This document shows, piece by piece, positions 1 to 10,328 of a DNA stretch of 64,000 nucleotides. Positions within the stretch are counted from its first letter, which is position 1; every line of letters starts with the position of its first letter. The notes beneath the pieces are model-generated. The model did no database searches. It had not been told where the DNA came from and saw only the letters and a list, made by a program, of their open reading frames with translations. This stretch comes from Gammaproteobacteria bacterium (lineage in GTDB: Bacteria > Pseudomonadota > Gammaproteobacteria > Eutrophobiales > Eutrophobiaceae), in the NCBI GenBank assembly GCA_965243205.1, contig CBDEUK010000002.1, positions 160,001-224,000 of the forward strand. Reading direction: 5' to 3'. Position numbers and translations under genes: made by a program.

Positions 1-1
1 T

Positions 2-562
2 TGGGGAGTTTATTCACATACTGTTAATGATCGAAATCATTCTTTAGTTCGTGGAGTGAATAATCGTTTTGATGTCCCTCATTCACGTTTTAATCAGATT
101 GATGCCGAACAATTTAATCAAGCCGGCTTGAAAATCTTAGTAGAAAGTGAAGAAGCGGGGGTGCATTTGGCTGCGAGTGAAGATGGCTTTCGGATTATAT
201 TTTTCCAAGGACATCCTGAATACGATGTAATTAGTTTAATGAAAGAATATAAACGTGAAGTAGGGCGTTTTATTAATAACGAAACTGATAGTTATCCGCC
301 TTTTCCAGATAATTATTTTGATACTCGAACAAAAGGTATTTTAAACGAATATAAAAATAAACTAATTCGCTCAAGAGGTGATAACAAATCTGTTGCAGAA
401 TTTCCTGAACATTTATTAATACCTAATTTATATAACACTTGGCATGATACAGCTGAAGCGGTATTAAATAATTGGATAGGAAAGGTATATCAAATTACTA
501 ATATAGATCGTAAACAACCATTTCGAGAAGGAATATCTCCAGATAACCCTTTAGGTTTATAA
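2..562 (+). CDS. metA: Homoserine O-succinyl/acetyltransferase, 3' part (starts before window)
   Basis: Frame open from base 2 (WGVYSH...); VPHSR and FFQGHPEYD motifs of MetA. Confidence 0.92.
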   Translation, partial: WGVYSHTVNDRNHSLVRGVNNRFDVPHSRFNQIDAEQFNQAGLKILVESEEAGVHLAASEDGFRIIFFQGHPEYDVISLMKEYKREVGRFINNETDSYPPFPDNYFDTRTKGILNEYKNKLIRSRGDNKSVAEFPEHLLIPNLYNTWHDTAEAVLNNWIGKVYQITNIDRKQPFREGISPDNPLGL

Positions 563-566
563 ATAT

Positions 567-592
567 AAAAGCCCTCGGATGAGGGCTTTTTT
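567..592. terminator. Bidirectional intrinsic terminator
   Basis: AAAAGCCCTC-GGAT-GAGGGCTTTTTT between convergent metA and pilE. Confidence 0.85.
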
Positions 593-607
593 GTTCTTTA
601 GTATTAG

Positions 608-1087
608 TTACCAACAATAATTAACTTCAGTGACATCAGCAGCAGCACCCGAATCGGAACAATGTGCTCCAGAAACAGTGCATCTTACTCCTTGCTCATT
701 TAATCTTAGATCAGCACATCGTGTATCTGCTTGTTGGACTACGCTAGCTCTTGTGATTTCCATAGAGTAAGTGGTTGCGTTTTGAGGGACATTATTTCCA
801 CCATCGAAAGTAAAAGTGTAATGCGGATTATTACCTGCAGGATTTTGTAATAATCCAGCAGGAATAGCGATAGGGTTTCCTGCACGGTCTTGATCATATC
901 GACCATTCTCAGAATATACTCTTTCCATATATTGAGCTAGTTCTAGTGCTGCGCCTGTTCCATCAGCTCGTCTTGCCTTAATCATATAATCTTGATACGA
1001 AGGATAAGCTACGGCTGCGATAATTGCGACAATAGCCATTACTATTAAAAGCTCTATTAATGACATGCCTTTTTGTTTTATATTCAT
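608..1087 (-). CDS. pilE: Type IV minor pilin PilE
   Basis: Prepilin G|MSLIELLIV, AYPSYQDY..KARRAD, C-terminal CW; last gene of minor pilin operon. Confidence 0.9.
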   Translation of the reverse strand: MNIKQKGMSLIELLIVMAIVAIIAAVAYPSYQDYMIKARRADGTGAALELAQYMERVYSENGRYDQDRAGNPIAIPAGLLQNPAGNNPHYTFTFDGGNNVPQNATTYSMEITRASVVQQADTRCADLRLNEQGVRCTVSGAHCSDSGAAADVTEVNYCW

Positions 1088-1093
1088 ATTTAA

Positions 1094-1411
1094 TTACCAA
1101 AGTGAAATAAAGTTATCAGGTATTTTATCGATTATCCAAACTTCTGTAACAGTGTTTCTCTCTTTGTTGTATCCAACTGTTTGATTCTGGACTAAGTGTT
1201 GAGGGCCTATAATATCCACGCCTTTAGCATGTACTATAACTGCAGAACTTATTGGATAAGCAATATCACTAATTATTATCGTATTATCCTCATATCTTAT
1301 TGAATCTATGATTCCAGCACTATTATATGGTATGTCCTCAGCAAAAGATGCAGAAGAAAAGAATATTAAAGTAAATACTAAAGAATAAATTAATTTAATT
1401 TTTAAAATCAT
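1094..1411 (-). CDS. Small exported protein, PilY2-like by position
   Basis: Signal peptide (…SASFA); lies between pilY1 and pilE; ATG at 1411 preceded by AAGGTG. Confidence 0.6.
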   Translation of the reverse strand: MILKIKLIYSLVFTLIFFSSASFAEDIPYNSAGIIDSIRYEDNTIIISDIAYPISSAVIVHAKGVDIIGPQHLVQNQTVGYNKERNTVTEVWIIDKIPDNFISLW

Positions 1412-1421
1412 ATCAATCACC

Positions 1422-4400
1422 TTATTGAATTTGTCGCCATGAGGTACGGCCAAGAATTAAATCACCACCAGCAACTTTATTTTGTTGTGGGCGTCCACCT
1501 CCAACAAGTTTGGTATTCAAGAAATTAAGACCATCTTTGGTTACTTGTAGGCCAGGGCCACCAATAGTTCCAGAAATTTTTACAGCGCTAGGTGCAGTAC
1601 CATTCACTAAGTCATTTGAATCTACTATATCATCTGAATTAAAGTTGAATAAAGGAGCTTGGGGGCGTCTACCTTGTATGGCATCAATACCAGTGAGGAA
1701 AGAATCACCATCAAAATTACATGGTGTATTTGTAGGTATATAAGTATTAAAAAATACAAAGCCAAATATTACGATAGGGGCGCTTATGATTCTTTCCCCT
1801 GGTTCAATAAGATAATCCAAATACCATCCATCAAGGTTTGGATTTACAGGGTTGTCAGAAGTTATTCTACCTTCGGAACCATCCTGTGCGACAGTGTTGT
1901 CAACAGTTTGCGCAACTTTATTTGCCCTGGCTGCAGCTGGGCGAGAACCATTCAGCCTGTCACGTAATCCATAAAAAGTATTTTGTTGTACTGGAGGAGT
2001 CAAGAAATTATCATTTGGCTCAAGAAATTTACCTGTACCAAATAATAATACGAACCCTCCTTCGGGATGAGTTGCGATAGTAGGTTTGGAGGTTATTGAC
2101 TGAGGTGCTCCTCCAACTGCCTCAACAGCAGTGTAAAATGGTTCGGGGTTTGTAGTTGAGCCATGCGAAAAATCCCAAGCGTTTTCACTCGTTGAGGTAA
2201 TATCAATTTTCCACATATTCCCCAGTAAGTCACCAGCATATATATAATCAGCAATGCGGTCATTATCGATATCTACAACTAAAGGCTCAGCCATACCGTT
2301 ATCCTGGCCCGTTGAGGTTGCACCAGTACCGCCAGTATTGGTATCAAATTGTTTGATAATAGAACCATCTTCAGCATCGAGAATAAAAATCTGAGCTTTG
2401 TTATTTTCCGCAGTTCCAGAACCACTGTTATAGCCGTTACCAAAAATGACACCCCATTTTCCATTATATAGCCTAACTACATTTGGGCTATGGTCAATAA
2501 GGCCAAGTTGTTCGTATCCAGCATCATTACTATTGCGTTCCCATAATGCAGGATTATTGTTATTGGCGAATGGGTCAGTGATATCCAGTAAAAATACACC
2601 TCGACCACCTTCACCAAGGGCACTGGCATAAACGGTATTCCATGTACCATTAAGATAGGCATCTCCAGCAAATCCAGGAGAATTCACATAAAATTTATGG
2701 CCGTAGCTTGGGTCGGTTAAAAGATGTAAATTACTATGAACGGTTTTAGGTACATAACCGAAGACTTCAGTTCCTGACGGAGTGCCATTATTATTAAGGG
2801 TTCTGAATGCATGTAACATACCGTCGTTTGCACCCACTAAAACTAATGAATTTGCATCTCCTGAGGAAGTTGAATACCTTTGTCTTTTAATAGATAGGTA
2901 AGCATTATAGTTTGCACCTTCAGATCCTGGTAAAACATCATAACTGAAATCACTTGAGGTACTTACAAATGGAGTTGAAGAAACAATATCACCTAATAAA
3001 GTATCTTCACGATTCCTAAAGGTATTGTTTGGCGCATTTGCAGTATTATTTTGTTCTCTTGACCAATCTCCAGCAATATAATTAATTACATCACTGCCCG
3101 GAAATGCAGGTGTTGTTGCTGGTGGTAAAAGTGGTGGAGCAGTGGCGGCAACTAAATCCGGATCAGCAGTACTGAATTGTATGGGTGTATCGGTTCCTGA
3201 TTTATTAACGATCGTATATATATTGTTTCGTGGAGTAATTGCACCAGTGGTTGTTCTATTAGGACTTGTACCAGACGTAGTTCGGTTAAGGCCTGATACT
3301 GAAGCAGCATCCCAAGAAGGATTTTGCGCAACATTCCCGTTTTGAAATATTTCAAATGCTGCGAGGCTACCAGTATTATCTTCACTATCAAATCCTGCAG
3401 AAAATACAAAACTATCACCTCTTAAAATCGTATTACTTAAGGCAACTGATGTCCCACTGAAAGAGTTACGTGAATTAATATCCTGAATAGCTGCTAATAA
3501 AGAAGTGATTAATTGTTGCGGATCCTCTGCACTTAGGAATTCTCCACGGCCATTAAAAGCAGCGTGTCGTAAATCATCAATGGTCGTTTGAGCATTAGCA
3601 GTAGGCGCAGGCCACCCGCCTGTCGTAGCCACTGGATTACCCAATGGTGGCGGTGTTGCTGGATCATGGTTGGCAGGAACAGGGGCTCCCGGAACTGGGG
3701 CAGCGAGAGTACCCGTTACCCCAAATGCAACACCATAGGTGACCATGTGTTGTTGGTTATTTTCATCAATCACTGGAATAAAAGGGACGTTATCCGCTAA
3801 TGTTGATAAATCACGTTCATAATAATGCATAGCGATATCAGCTAAAGTATTCGATGAATTATCCGCATGAGGTCCTCCATCAAGTTGAATCGATTCTGGG
3901 GTATTATCGCCGTTAACATCTAATTGAATAGTTGTAGGAGTACCACCACCATCAGTATTACCTAATCCAGTAAATCCACCATTCCAGAACCCGTCAGACA
4001 TTAAAACGGTGTAATTCTGTTGGCATTCACCACCCAGAGATTGTGATAGAATTGGTGAATTACTATCGAAGCCTAACTGGTCACTATTAGGTTGTTGTGC
4101 AACACCTTCATAATATCTTCCAACGTTATCCAAAAGTCTTCTTAGTGGAGTACCGCCAGTAGAATTGATTTGGAAAACTTCATCTAACAAAGTATCCTTA
4201 TCAGTATTAATTGTCATATCTGCTACTGCAGTGCCAACATCGTTATTGTTATGTAAGGTTGCAAGTCCCATTCGAGCAGTGGATGTAGTGATTAACTCAG
4301 ACATAACACGTTTTAGAACGAGTTCACGTTTTCGGTAATAGCTGTACCAGTTCGCATAGTTTGTTGCTTCAGCTGAGCCTGTTGTAACATAAACGACATT

Positions 4401-4976
4401 CGCATTTGCGGCAGGCGCAGTATTTAGAGTTGCGGGTGTAGGGCACTCGCCATTCTCATAAACGTTATCACCGTCATCATTCCAAACGTAATAATAACTG
4501 TTGTTTAAATTTGTTATACTATTCGGGTCATACGGATCGATTCTGGCTTGTGTCAATGACATATCAGTATAAGCATTGCCTGCATTATCTTCACCTAACC
4601 AAGGTGTATAAGTAATTGCAGGGTTATAGGCTAATACGTTGTATCCCGCACATAATTCTCTTTCCACTAAATCACGAATGGGTTCGCCACCAGTAAAATT
4701 AAAAATATGAGGGAATAAAAAGATATTACCGCTGTTTCGAAAGAAATTTAAACCGCCAGGGCCATGGACATTTAATGCTTCGTTACTTAATAAAACTTCC
4801 CAATCCATACTTCCCGAATCATCAACAGCCAACATAATGTTGGGTTGAATGTTAGTACCTACAAATATAGGAGTATCAGGAATATTGATATCAGCATTTG
4901 CTGCTTGATTGATGCCTAACGTTAAAGTGAAAACACTCATCAGGCTTATGTTAAAAAATCGTTTGAAAAATTGCAT
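1422..4976 (-). CDS. pilY1: Type IV pilus tip adhesin PilY1/PilC
   Basis: Signal peptide, vWA MIDAS-like DDSGSM, YANWYSYYRKR, GANDGMLHAF, Ca-loop DIDNDRIADYIYAGD, C-terminal GRTSWRQI. Confidence 0.93.
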   Translation of the reverse strand: MQFFKRFFNISLMSVFTLTLGINQAANADINIPDTPIFVGTNIQPNIMLAVDDSGSMDWEVLLSNEALNVHGPGGLNFFRNSGNIFLFPHIFNFTGGEPIRDLVERELCAGYNVLAYNPAITYTPWLGEDNAGNAYTDMSLTQARIDPYDPNSITNLNNSYYYVWNDDGDNVYENGECPTPATLNTAPAANANVVYVTTGSAEATNYANWYSYYRKRELVLKRVMSELITTSTARMGLATLHNNNDVGTAVADMTINTDKDTLLDEVFQINSTGGTPLRRLLDNVGRYYEGVAQQPNSDQLGFDSNSPILSQSLGGECQQNYTVLMSDGFWNGGFTGLGNTDGGGTPTTIQLDVNGDNTPESIQLDGGPHADNSSNTLADIAMHYYERDLSTLADNVPFIPVIDENNQQHMVTYGVAFGVTGTLAAPVPGAPVPANHDPATPPPLGNPVATTGGWPAPTANAQTTIDDLRHAAFNGRGEFLSAEDPQQLITSLLAAIQDINSRNSFSGTSVALSNTILRGDSFVFSAGFDSEDNTGSLAAFEIFQNGNVAQNPSWDAASVSGLNRTTSGTSPNRTTTGAITPRNNIYTIVNKSGTDTPIQFSTADPDLVAATAPPLLPPATTPAFPGSDVINYIAGDWSREQNNTANAPNNTFRNREDTLLGDIVSSTPFVSTSSDFSYDVLPGSEGANYNAYLSIKRQRYSTSSGDANSLVLVGANDGMLHAFRTLNNNGTPSGTEVFGYVPKTVHSNLHLLTDPSYGHKFYVNSPGFAGDAYLNGTWNTVYASALGEGGRGVFLLDITDPFANNNNPALWERNSNDAGYEQLGLIDHSPNVVRLYNGKWGVIFGNGYNSGSGTAENNKAQIFILDAEDGSIIKQFDTNTGGTGATSTGQDNGMAEPLVVDIDNDRIADYIYAGDLLGNMWKIDITSTSENAWDFSHGSTTNPEPFYTAVEAVGGAPQSITSKPTIATHPEGGFVLLFGTGKFLEPNDNFLTPPVQQNTFYGLRDRLNGSRPAAARANKVAQTVDNTVAQDGSEGRITSDNPVNPNLDGWYLDYLIEPGERIISAPIVIFGFVFFNTYIPTNTPCNFDGDSFLTGIDAIQGRRPQAPLFNFNSDDIVDSNDLVNGTAPSAVKISGTIGGPGLQVTKDGLNFLNTKLVGGGRPQQNKVAGGDLILGRTSWRQIQ

Positions 4977-4999
4977 AGTCAGTCTCTCCAAGAGAACTA

Positions 5000-5602
5000 T
5001 CAGAAGATTTTATAAGTAGATTGTAAGATGGTGGATGTTTGGTCATTTAAACCTTGGCTTCTGGCCGTTATTCGATAAATTCGATTTTCGCAGGAAGAAC
5101 CGGCCGGTGTTTTTAAATCTATATTACAGTCAACATCAATCAAAGAGCCTGTGTAATTTTCGATAATAAAACTTGGGTCAAAACTATTAGGATTACTGGG
5201 ATCTTGGCCTGAAATTTGTAATGTAGCTGCATCATCAGTGGAATTAGCATTGTTTGCGTTGGTGTACCATCCATTTGAGTCTTTACCATTAGCCGAATCC
5301 CATACTGGATAATTTACTGTATCACTCGGTGGAATTTTATCGTAACAACCTGTTTCACAATTAGCAAAATCAGTTGCAATGTTTATAAAATTTTCTGCGT
5401 AATCTTCACCGTCACGTAGTACTGCTTCAGCAGCCTGGAAAGATGCTTGTTTGTTATACACACTACCCGTCATTTTTTCTTCAGTCGTTGTGGTAGTAAT
5501 GCCACTTAACCCAATTAAGGTTAAAACGACTAATAAAGCTAAACAGGTAATCAAAGCAGCGCCTGTTTGTTTATGAAGATTAGGAATAGTTAATTTATTC
5601 AT
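5000..5602 (-). CDS. pilX: Type IV minor pilin PilX
   Basis: G|AALITCL (no E5, typical of PilX), FQAAEA, YRITARS, C-terminal LQSTY. Confidence 0.88.
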   Translation of the reverse strand: MNKLTIPNLHKQTGAALITCLALLVVLTLIGLSGITTTTTEEKMTGSVYNKQASFQAAEAVLRDGEDYAENFINIATDFANCETGCYDKIPPSDTVNYPVWDSANGKDSNGWYTNANNANSTDDAATLQISGQDPSNPNSFDPSFIIENYTGSLIDVDCNIDLKTPAGSSCENRIYRITARSQGLNDQTSTILQSTYKIF

Positions 5603-5614
5603 AGTAGATTCTCA

Positions 5615-6682
5615 CTAAGGTAGCTGGTTACGAATAGAAATGGTTGAACTATAGACTGTACGTAATCGACGATCAGCTGGAGCAGGGATATTGCCACCAT
5701 CAAAAAATACAGTTTGTCCTGCTTGTGTTGTAATCCCATCAGCGCTCCTTAAAAGTAAATTAATTCGAACACTACGAACAGTAGACATGTCTAATGCTGC
5801 ATCAACAGCTTGATATGTATCTGGATATGTATCACCACCTGTATCAACTCCATAAAGAATTTCTAAGTCTTCAACTCCATCAGCCAGCTCAATTGAGTTA
5901 TAGCCTCCAGTTGATGGGTCCCATTGGTCAACCCATAGTGCAGGTTCTCTGTTTGCAACAGGAATACTAAGATCAATTTGGCTTGGTGCTATATAGTATG
6001 TATTGGATAGAAATTGATAGACGAATGCGTCATCAGCATACGCTTGACTTAGTGCTGCATTTGGAGTGATATCTTGACTATTACCATTATCAGCAAATGC
6101 TTGAATATCAAAAATATCTGAACGTACGCAATTCGTTATAATTGCGCCCTGGCCATTTCGAAAATTACATTGGTTTGGTGCAAAAACATTAATGGAGGCA
6201 CCTGGATTAGTTGTAGTAGTAACTGCGGCACCACATTGATTGGCGCGTTGAATGGTTATTGTATCGGTTGCAGGTAAAATAGTCGCAATGGTTGCGCTAT
6301 TTAAATTAACTGGTAATACAGGATCTCTAACGCCACCTTGTCCGTCGGTTCCGGCAATAACGTTGGTTAAATTGCTGTTAGCATCAACTATTGGATAAGG
6401 AAGAGCAACAATCGTCGTATTATCAGTGACAGGAGCGTTCCCTTCTCGACTGGCACATCCTGTAAACCCTACCATACGAATGTCATTGGCAATTGTTTCA
6501 ACGATAAATCGTCCAGACTGTTGCATGCGTGATAATGCACTTTCTGAGCGGTAAGTTTGTTGGTTGCTGATAAATAATTGGGCTGCTCCAGCAGTTAGTA
6601 TTAAGCCAATAACCAAGGCAACTTGTATTTCAATTAATGAGAGTCCAGTTTGAGATTTTTTTGTCATTATTAGAGTTTTCAT
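5615..6682 (-). CDS. pilW: Type IV minor pilin PilW
   Basis: G|LSLIEIQVAL, DIRMVGFTGC, LADGVEDLEILYGVD, C-terminal IRN. Confidence 0.9.
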   Translation of the reverse strand: MKTLIMTKKSQTGLSLIEIQVALVIGLILTAGAAQLFISNQQTYRSESALSRMQQSGRFIVETIANDIRMVGFTGCASREGNAPVTDNTTIVALPYPIVDANSNLTNVIAGTDGQGGVRDPVLPVNLNSATIATILPATDTITIQRANQCGAAVTTTTNPGASINVFAPNQCNFRNGQGAIITNCVRSDIFDIQAFADNGNSQDITPNAALSQAYADDAFVYQFLSNTYYIAPSQIDLSIPVANREPALWVDQWDPSTGGYNSIELADGVEDLEILYGVDTGGDTYPDTYQAVDAALDMSTVRSVRINLLLRSADGITTQAGQTVFFDGGNIPAPADRRLRTVYSSTISIRNQLP

Positions 6683-6684
6683 AT

Positions 6685-7194
6685 TTATAGCTCTGAATTA
6701 AAAACAAATTCGGTTGTAGTTACATCATTGTCAAAATCAGAAACTTGGCTTTGAGTACTACCACCGATCCTGTTTTCATCCCATTGAATGACAACCTGGC
6801 AAATTGTATTTGCTGCACCAACACCAGCAAGTGGACAAGTAATTTGAGCATCAGCTGCGCCAGGTAAGGCTTGCTGTAGATTTGCATACCAAGAGCTTAA
6901 GTCCGCAGCAGATAATGGTGCTACAGCGGGAGCAGGCGCTAGATCATCTAGATCGCGATTATAAGCTCCTGCTAAAGCTTGGGTTTGATTTGCTCGCATT
7001 CTATCCATAATGTCATAAGCTAAAAAAATAGCTTGTCCTCGGTTGTATGCTCCATGGTTTGTTTTTAATGATGTTGCTTGTAAAGCAGCCAAACCTAGTA
7101 AGCCAATCGACATAACTAGTAATGCAACAAGAACCTCTATCAATGTAAAGCCTTTAGGTGATTTAATAATTTTAAATTTAGTTTTCATAATCAT
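6685..7194 (-). CDS. pilV: Type IV minor pilin PilV
   Basis: G|FTLIEVLVAL..SIGLLGLAALQ, AYDIMDRMRAN. Confidence 0.92.
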   Translation of the reverse strand: MIMKTKFKIIKSPKGFTLIEVLVALLVMSIGLLGLAALQATSLKTNHGAYNRGQAIFLAYDIMDRMRANQTQALAGAYNRDLDDLAPAPAVAPLSAADLSSWYANLQQALPGAADAQITCPLAGVGAANTICQVVIQWDENRIGGSTQSQVSDFDNDVTTTEFVFNSEL

Positions 7195-7201
7195 TTTGTT
7201 C

Positions 7202-7732
7202 TTAACAATTTTGATCGGTCGAAATTCTTGTCATGCCACCTGGACTAAGCAAGATAATGCGTTTGTATGTTCTACCAGGATTACAATTGGTTAGAGCACG
7301 GTAAGTAAATTGCTCAGCTGCTGGGAGGCCTCCTGCAGATAATGCGAGTTGCCCTGATGGTTGAAATTGTATGGTCCCATTAGCCAAGATATTATTGTCT
7401 AAAGTAAGAGTGCTGTGATTACTAATGCCTCCGTAAACTTTTAAAACTGTGTCAGCAGCGGTGAATGCATTATCATTATTAGTATCAGCAATAACTTGCC
7501 ATCCATTTGCCCAATTTACATTATCTGTTGGACTTATTTGCACATTTACACTACGGATTGCAGCTTCACTTCTTGCATAAGCTAATGTAGCAAGCATTGT
7601 GTTAGCAATTGTTGTCGCACGATTTCTTTTAGTGATATCTTCAAAAGACGGTAATGCAACTGCTGCTACGATTGCTATCACAGCGACTGTCATCATCAAT
7701 TCAACTAATGTAAATCCAGAATATTTTTTCAT
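7202..7732 (-). CDS. fimT: GspH/FimT/FimU family minor pilin
   Basis: ATG at 7732 gives MKKYSG|FTLVELM; LAYARSEA, WANGW motifs; first gene of operon. Confidence 0.85.
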   Translation of the reverse strand: MKKYSGFTLVELMMTVAVIAIVAAVALPSFEDITKRNRATTIANTMLATLAYARSEAAIRSVNVQISPTDNVNWANGWQVIADTNNDNAFTAADTVLKVYGGISNHSTLTLDNNILANGTIQFQPSGQLALSAGGLPAAEQFTYRALTNCNPGRTYKRIILLSPGGMTRISTDQNC

Positions 7733-7777
7733 GGTTATACCTATAGCAATTGAAAAAAGAAATGTCAGGTGTAATAG

Positions 7778-7807
7778 GATAAACGGTAAATTTAAGCAGA
7801 TAAACGG
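7778..7807 (-). promoter_or_regulatory. Candidate LytTR (AlgR-like) binding site: CCGTTTATC direct repeat
   Basis: Exact 9-bp repeat at 7778-7786 and 7799-7807 (12-bp spacer, 21-bp period) upstream of fimT. Confidence 0.65.
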
Positions 7808-7825
7808 CAATTCATCTTTCTAGAG

Positions 7826-7841
7826 TTTGAACTGGTTCACA
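7826..7841. promoter_or_regulatory. Candidate CRP/Vfr-family site
   Basis: TTTGA-ACTGGT-TCACA, one mismatch to TGTGA-N6-TCACA. Confidence 0.5.
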
Positions 7842-7983
7842 TACAAGATTTGGCTGGGTTTCAATATAACTACCGCTTGTATTAGAAATCTATTGGGATA
7901 CTCCTGCAGCCAATCGTAAGTTCTGGCATAATTCTACTTATCAATTCATACGTAGTGTTTTGTCACAGCAAAATAAAAATAAA

Positions 7984-8700
7984 ATGAATACGCTAAACAA
8001 ATATCAGTTTTCTTTTCTAATCCCGATTTTAATCTTTCTTCATGGTTGCTCTGGTACGGTTGGTCATGAGTACTTTCCTTTGCAAGAAGGCGCTTATTGG
8101 CGTTATCAAATGAATTACAAAACCATGGATGGGCGTTGGGATACGTTTTTTGCCTACGAAAACTATCCATCTCTTTCGAATGATGAACAGACGATACATG
8201 TACGTAAGACGATAGATGGACGTGAATATCATTATACGACCGATGATGAGGGCATTAAGGTTGAAAATTATGAAATAAATGAGGGCATGGAAAGGCGGAT
8301 TGAATCCAATCAGCATTATGTTTTTAAATATCCGTTAGAAGTTGGTCAAACCTGGAATGATAAATCGTACAGTCAGGTATTGATTAAAACAGGACCTCCA
8401 CAAAAGACGGTATTTAGAATAACGGCTAATTTACCAGTGAATGTGACAGTCGAGGCCGATAATGAAACCGTAACGGTTCCTGCAGGAACCTTTGAAAATT
8501 GCATTAAAATCAGCCTAAAAGGCAGTGGATTTCATGATGCTGGTAACTATGTTGGTCATACAATTGTGTCAATTGATGAGCTGCGTTGGTATGCACCAGG
8601 AGTTGGTTTAGTGAAGTCGATTCGTAAAGAAAAAACCACTGATCTTGTGGTCACTGATGGCCAAATTACCCTAGACTTGGAGGAGTTTCGCCCAGGCTAA
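7984..8700 (+). CDS. Lipoprotein of unknown function (beta-rich)
   Basis: Lipobox LHGC after hydrophobic stretch; YFPL..G..W.Y, VTVPAGTF, WYAPGVGLVK motifs; start uncertain (7960/7984). Confidence 0.7.
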   Translation: MNTLNKYQFSFLIPILIFLHGCSGTVGHEYFPLQEGAYWRYQMNYKTMDGRWDTFFAYENYPSLSNDEQTIHVRKTIDGREYHYTTDDEGIKVENYEINEGMERRIESNQHYVFKYPLEVGQTWNDKSYSQVLIKTGPPQKTVFRITANLPVNVTVEADNETVTVPAGTFENCIKISLKGSGFHDAGNYVGHTIVSIDELRWYAPGVGLVKSIRKEKTTDLVVTDGQITLDLEEFRPG

Positions 8701-8703
8701 TAA

Positions 8704-9282
8704 CTAGGAATCAGTATCTATAACCCTTTGTTCTGTAATGACTTTATCTACTAGCTGATCGTATTCATCAGTTGGAATATCATCAACGACCTGTGCTTCA
8801 TATGTTAGGGCAATCTTTTTAGCGACAGAATTTTCACTAAACCAACGATCGTAATAGCCAGCACCGAAGCCAATTCTCTTACCTGCAGTAGTAAAGCCTA
8901 AGCCAGGCGTAATACATACATCAAAATGACTTTGCATAGGCTCTATCGATTTTGGTGTCAAAATGCCTAATTCAGCTTTCTTTAAATCGTCCCAGTCAGT
9001 AAATTTTACTGAAATCATTTTATTAGATGAGAGAATTTTCGGTACCGCTAATATCTTACCTAAATCGAGTAAGTCTGAGATCAAATCATGCGTTTCAACT
9101 TCCGAAGCATAAGAAATATAGATAAAAATCACATCACTATCGATGATTTCTTGTTGAGCTAAGATTCGTGTGCTTATTTGCTGAGAATACAGTCTTCTAA
9201 GTTCTGGTGATATAGAAGAACGCGTGTTTTTAAGTTCTTGTCGAAGTTCTTGTTTTTTTTGTTTTAAATCATTGATATTCAT
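8704..9282 (-). CDS. fau: 5-formyltetrahydrofolate cyclo-ligase
   Basis: K..LRQ N-terminus, PGLGF...G.RIGFGAGYYDR, D..VD.VITE. Confidence 0.92.
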   Translation of the reverse strand: MNINDLKQKKQELRQELKNTRSSISPELRRLYSQQISTRILAQQEIIDSDVIFIYISYASEVETHDLISDLLDLGKILAVPKILSSNKMISVKFTDWDDLKKAELGILTPKSIEPMQSHFDVCITPGLGFTTAGKRIGFGAGYYDRWFSENSVAKKIALTYEAQVVDDIPTDEYDQLVDKVITEQRVIDTDS

Positions 9283-9492
9283 AGACTTATTCTATATTTT
9301 AGTATGATTTCTAATAATCAAATTAAGTTATATCCAGCAGCTGCCTATTTATATGCCAAGGATTTGTTTAAGAAAGGAAAATTTTGTGGTTTTAGCTTTC
9401 ATTTTCGGCGTTTTTCCGTACAATACCGCTCTTTTTTAAGGGCAGCGTATATTTGCCCGAATATTATCGAATAATTTCAGGATACAAAATAC

Positions 9493-9744
9493 ATGGTAAC
9501 AATCCGTTTATCTAGAACTGGTGCTAAGAAAAAGCCTTTTTACCACATTGTGGTTTGTGATAGCCGTCGTGCTCGTGATGGTCGTAACATTGAGCGCTTA
9601 GGTTTTTTTAATCCATATGCAGCTGGCCAAGAAGAGCGAGTTCGATTGAACTCCGAGCGTATTGAATATTGGATAGGTCAGGGCGCGCAAACTTCAGATC
9701 GTGTAGCAAAAATTATCAAAGACGAAGCTAAAGCCAGCGCTTAA
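9493..9744 (+). CDS. rpsP: 30S ribosomal protein S16
   Basis: [33 protein letters not shown]. Confidence 0.98.
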   Translation: MVTIRLSRTGAKKKPFYHIVVCDSRRARDGRNIERLGFFNPYAAGQEERVRLNSERIEYWIGQGAQTSDRVAKIIKDEAKASA

Positions 9745-9806
9745 TTATTCTGTTTCGAATGCCCAATTAAGCAAAGAGGGTATTCTAGTGGCCTGGGAGA
9801 ATTCAT

Positions 9807-10328
9807 ATGTCCCAAGGTGATATAAAAAATGATAATGATGTCTTGGTTGGCAAAATCGCTGGCGTTTATGGCATCAAAGGATGGGTGAAAATAGTTTCAT
9901 ATACTCGTCCAGTAGAAAATATACTGAATTATAAACAATGGTTTATTGGTTCAACGGATAAGCGAGACCAATTTACTGTTGAAGCCTGTAAACAACATGG
10001 CAAAGGTTTTATCGCTAAACTTGAGGGTTTAGATGATCGTGATAAAGCCATGGAATTACATCAACAAGATATAGTTATCTCACGCGATGATTTACCTGAA
10101 TTAGAACCAGGTGAATATTATTGGCATGACTTAATAGATTTAGAAGTTATTGACCAAAACCAAAAGGTATTGGGAAAGATTAGCAATATACTTGAAACTG
10201 GCGCTAATGATGTGTTTGAAGTGAGCGGAGATAAAAAACGATTGATACCTTGGGTTACGGAGGTTTATATCCAAGCAATCGACCTTGAATCAGGAGTAAT
10301 TCAAGTTGACTGGGAAGACGATGAGTAA
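9807..10328 (+). CDS. rimM: Ribosome maturation factor RimM
   Basis: [29 protein letters not shown]; operon position. Confidence 0.97.
   Translation: MSQGDIKNDNDVLVGKIAGVYGIKGWVKIVSYTRPVENILNYKQWFIGSTDKRDQFTVEACKQHGKGFIAKLEGLDDRDKAMELHQQDIVISRDDLPELEPGEYYWHDLIDLEVIDQNQKVLGKISNILETGANDVFEVSGDKKRLIPWVTEVYIQAIDLESGVIQVDWEDDE

Noticed and set aside
9341-9360. Possible sigma-54 promoter (TTGGCATATAAATAGGCA) on the minus strand
   Set aside because: GG-to-GC spacing is 11 rather than 10, and TTGC is absent
9283-9492. 6S RNA (ssrS), commonly upstream of the 5-formyl-THF cyclo-ligase gene
   Set aside because: The 210-bp spacer is AT-rich, must hold two divergent promoters, and shows no long 6S-like rod structure
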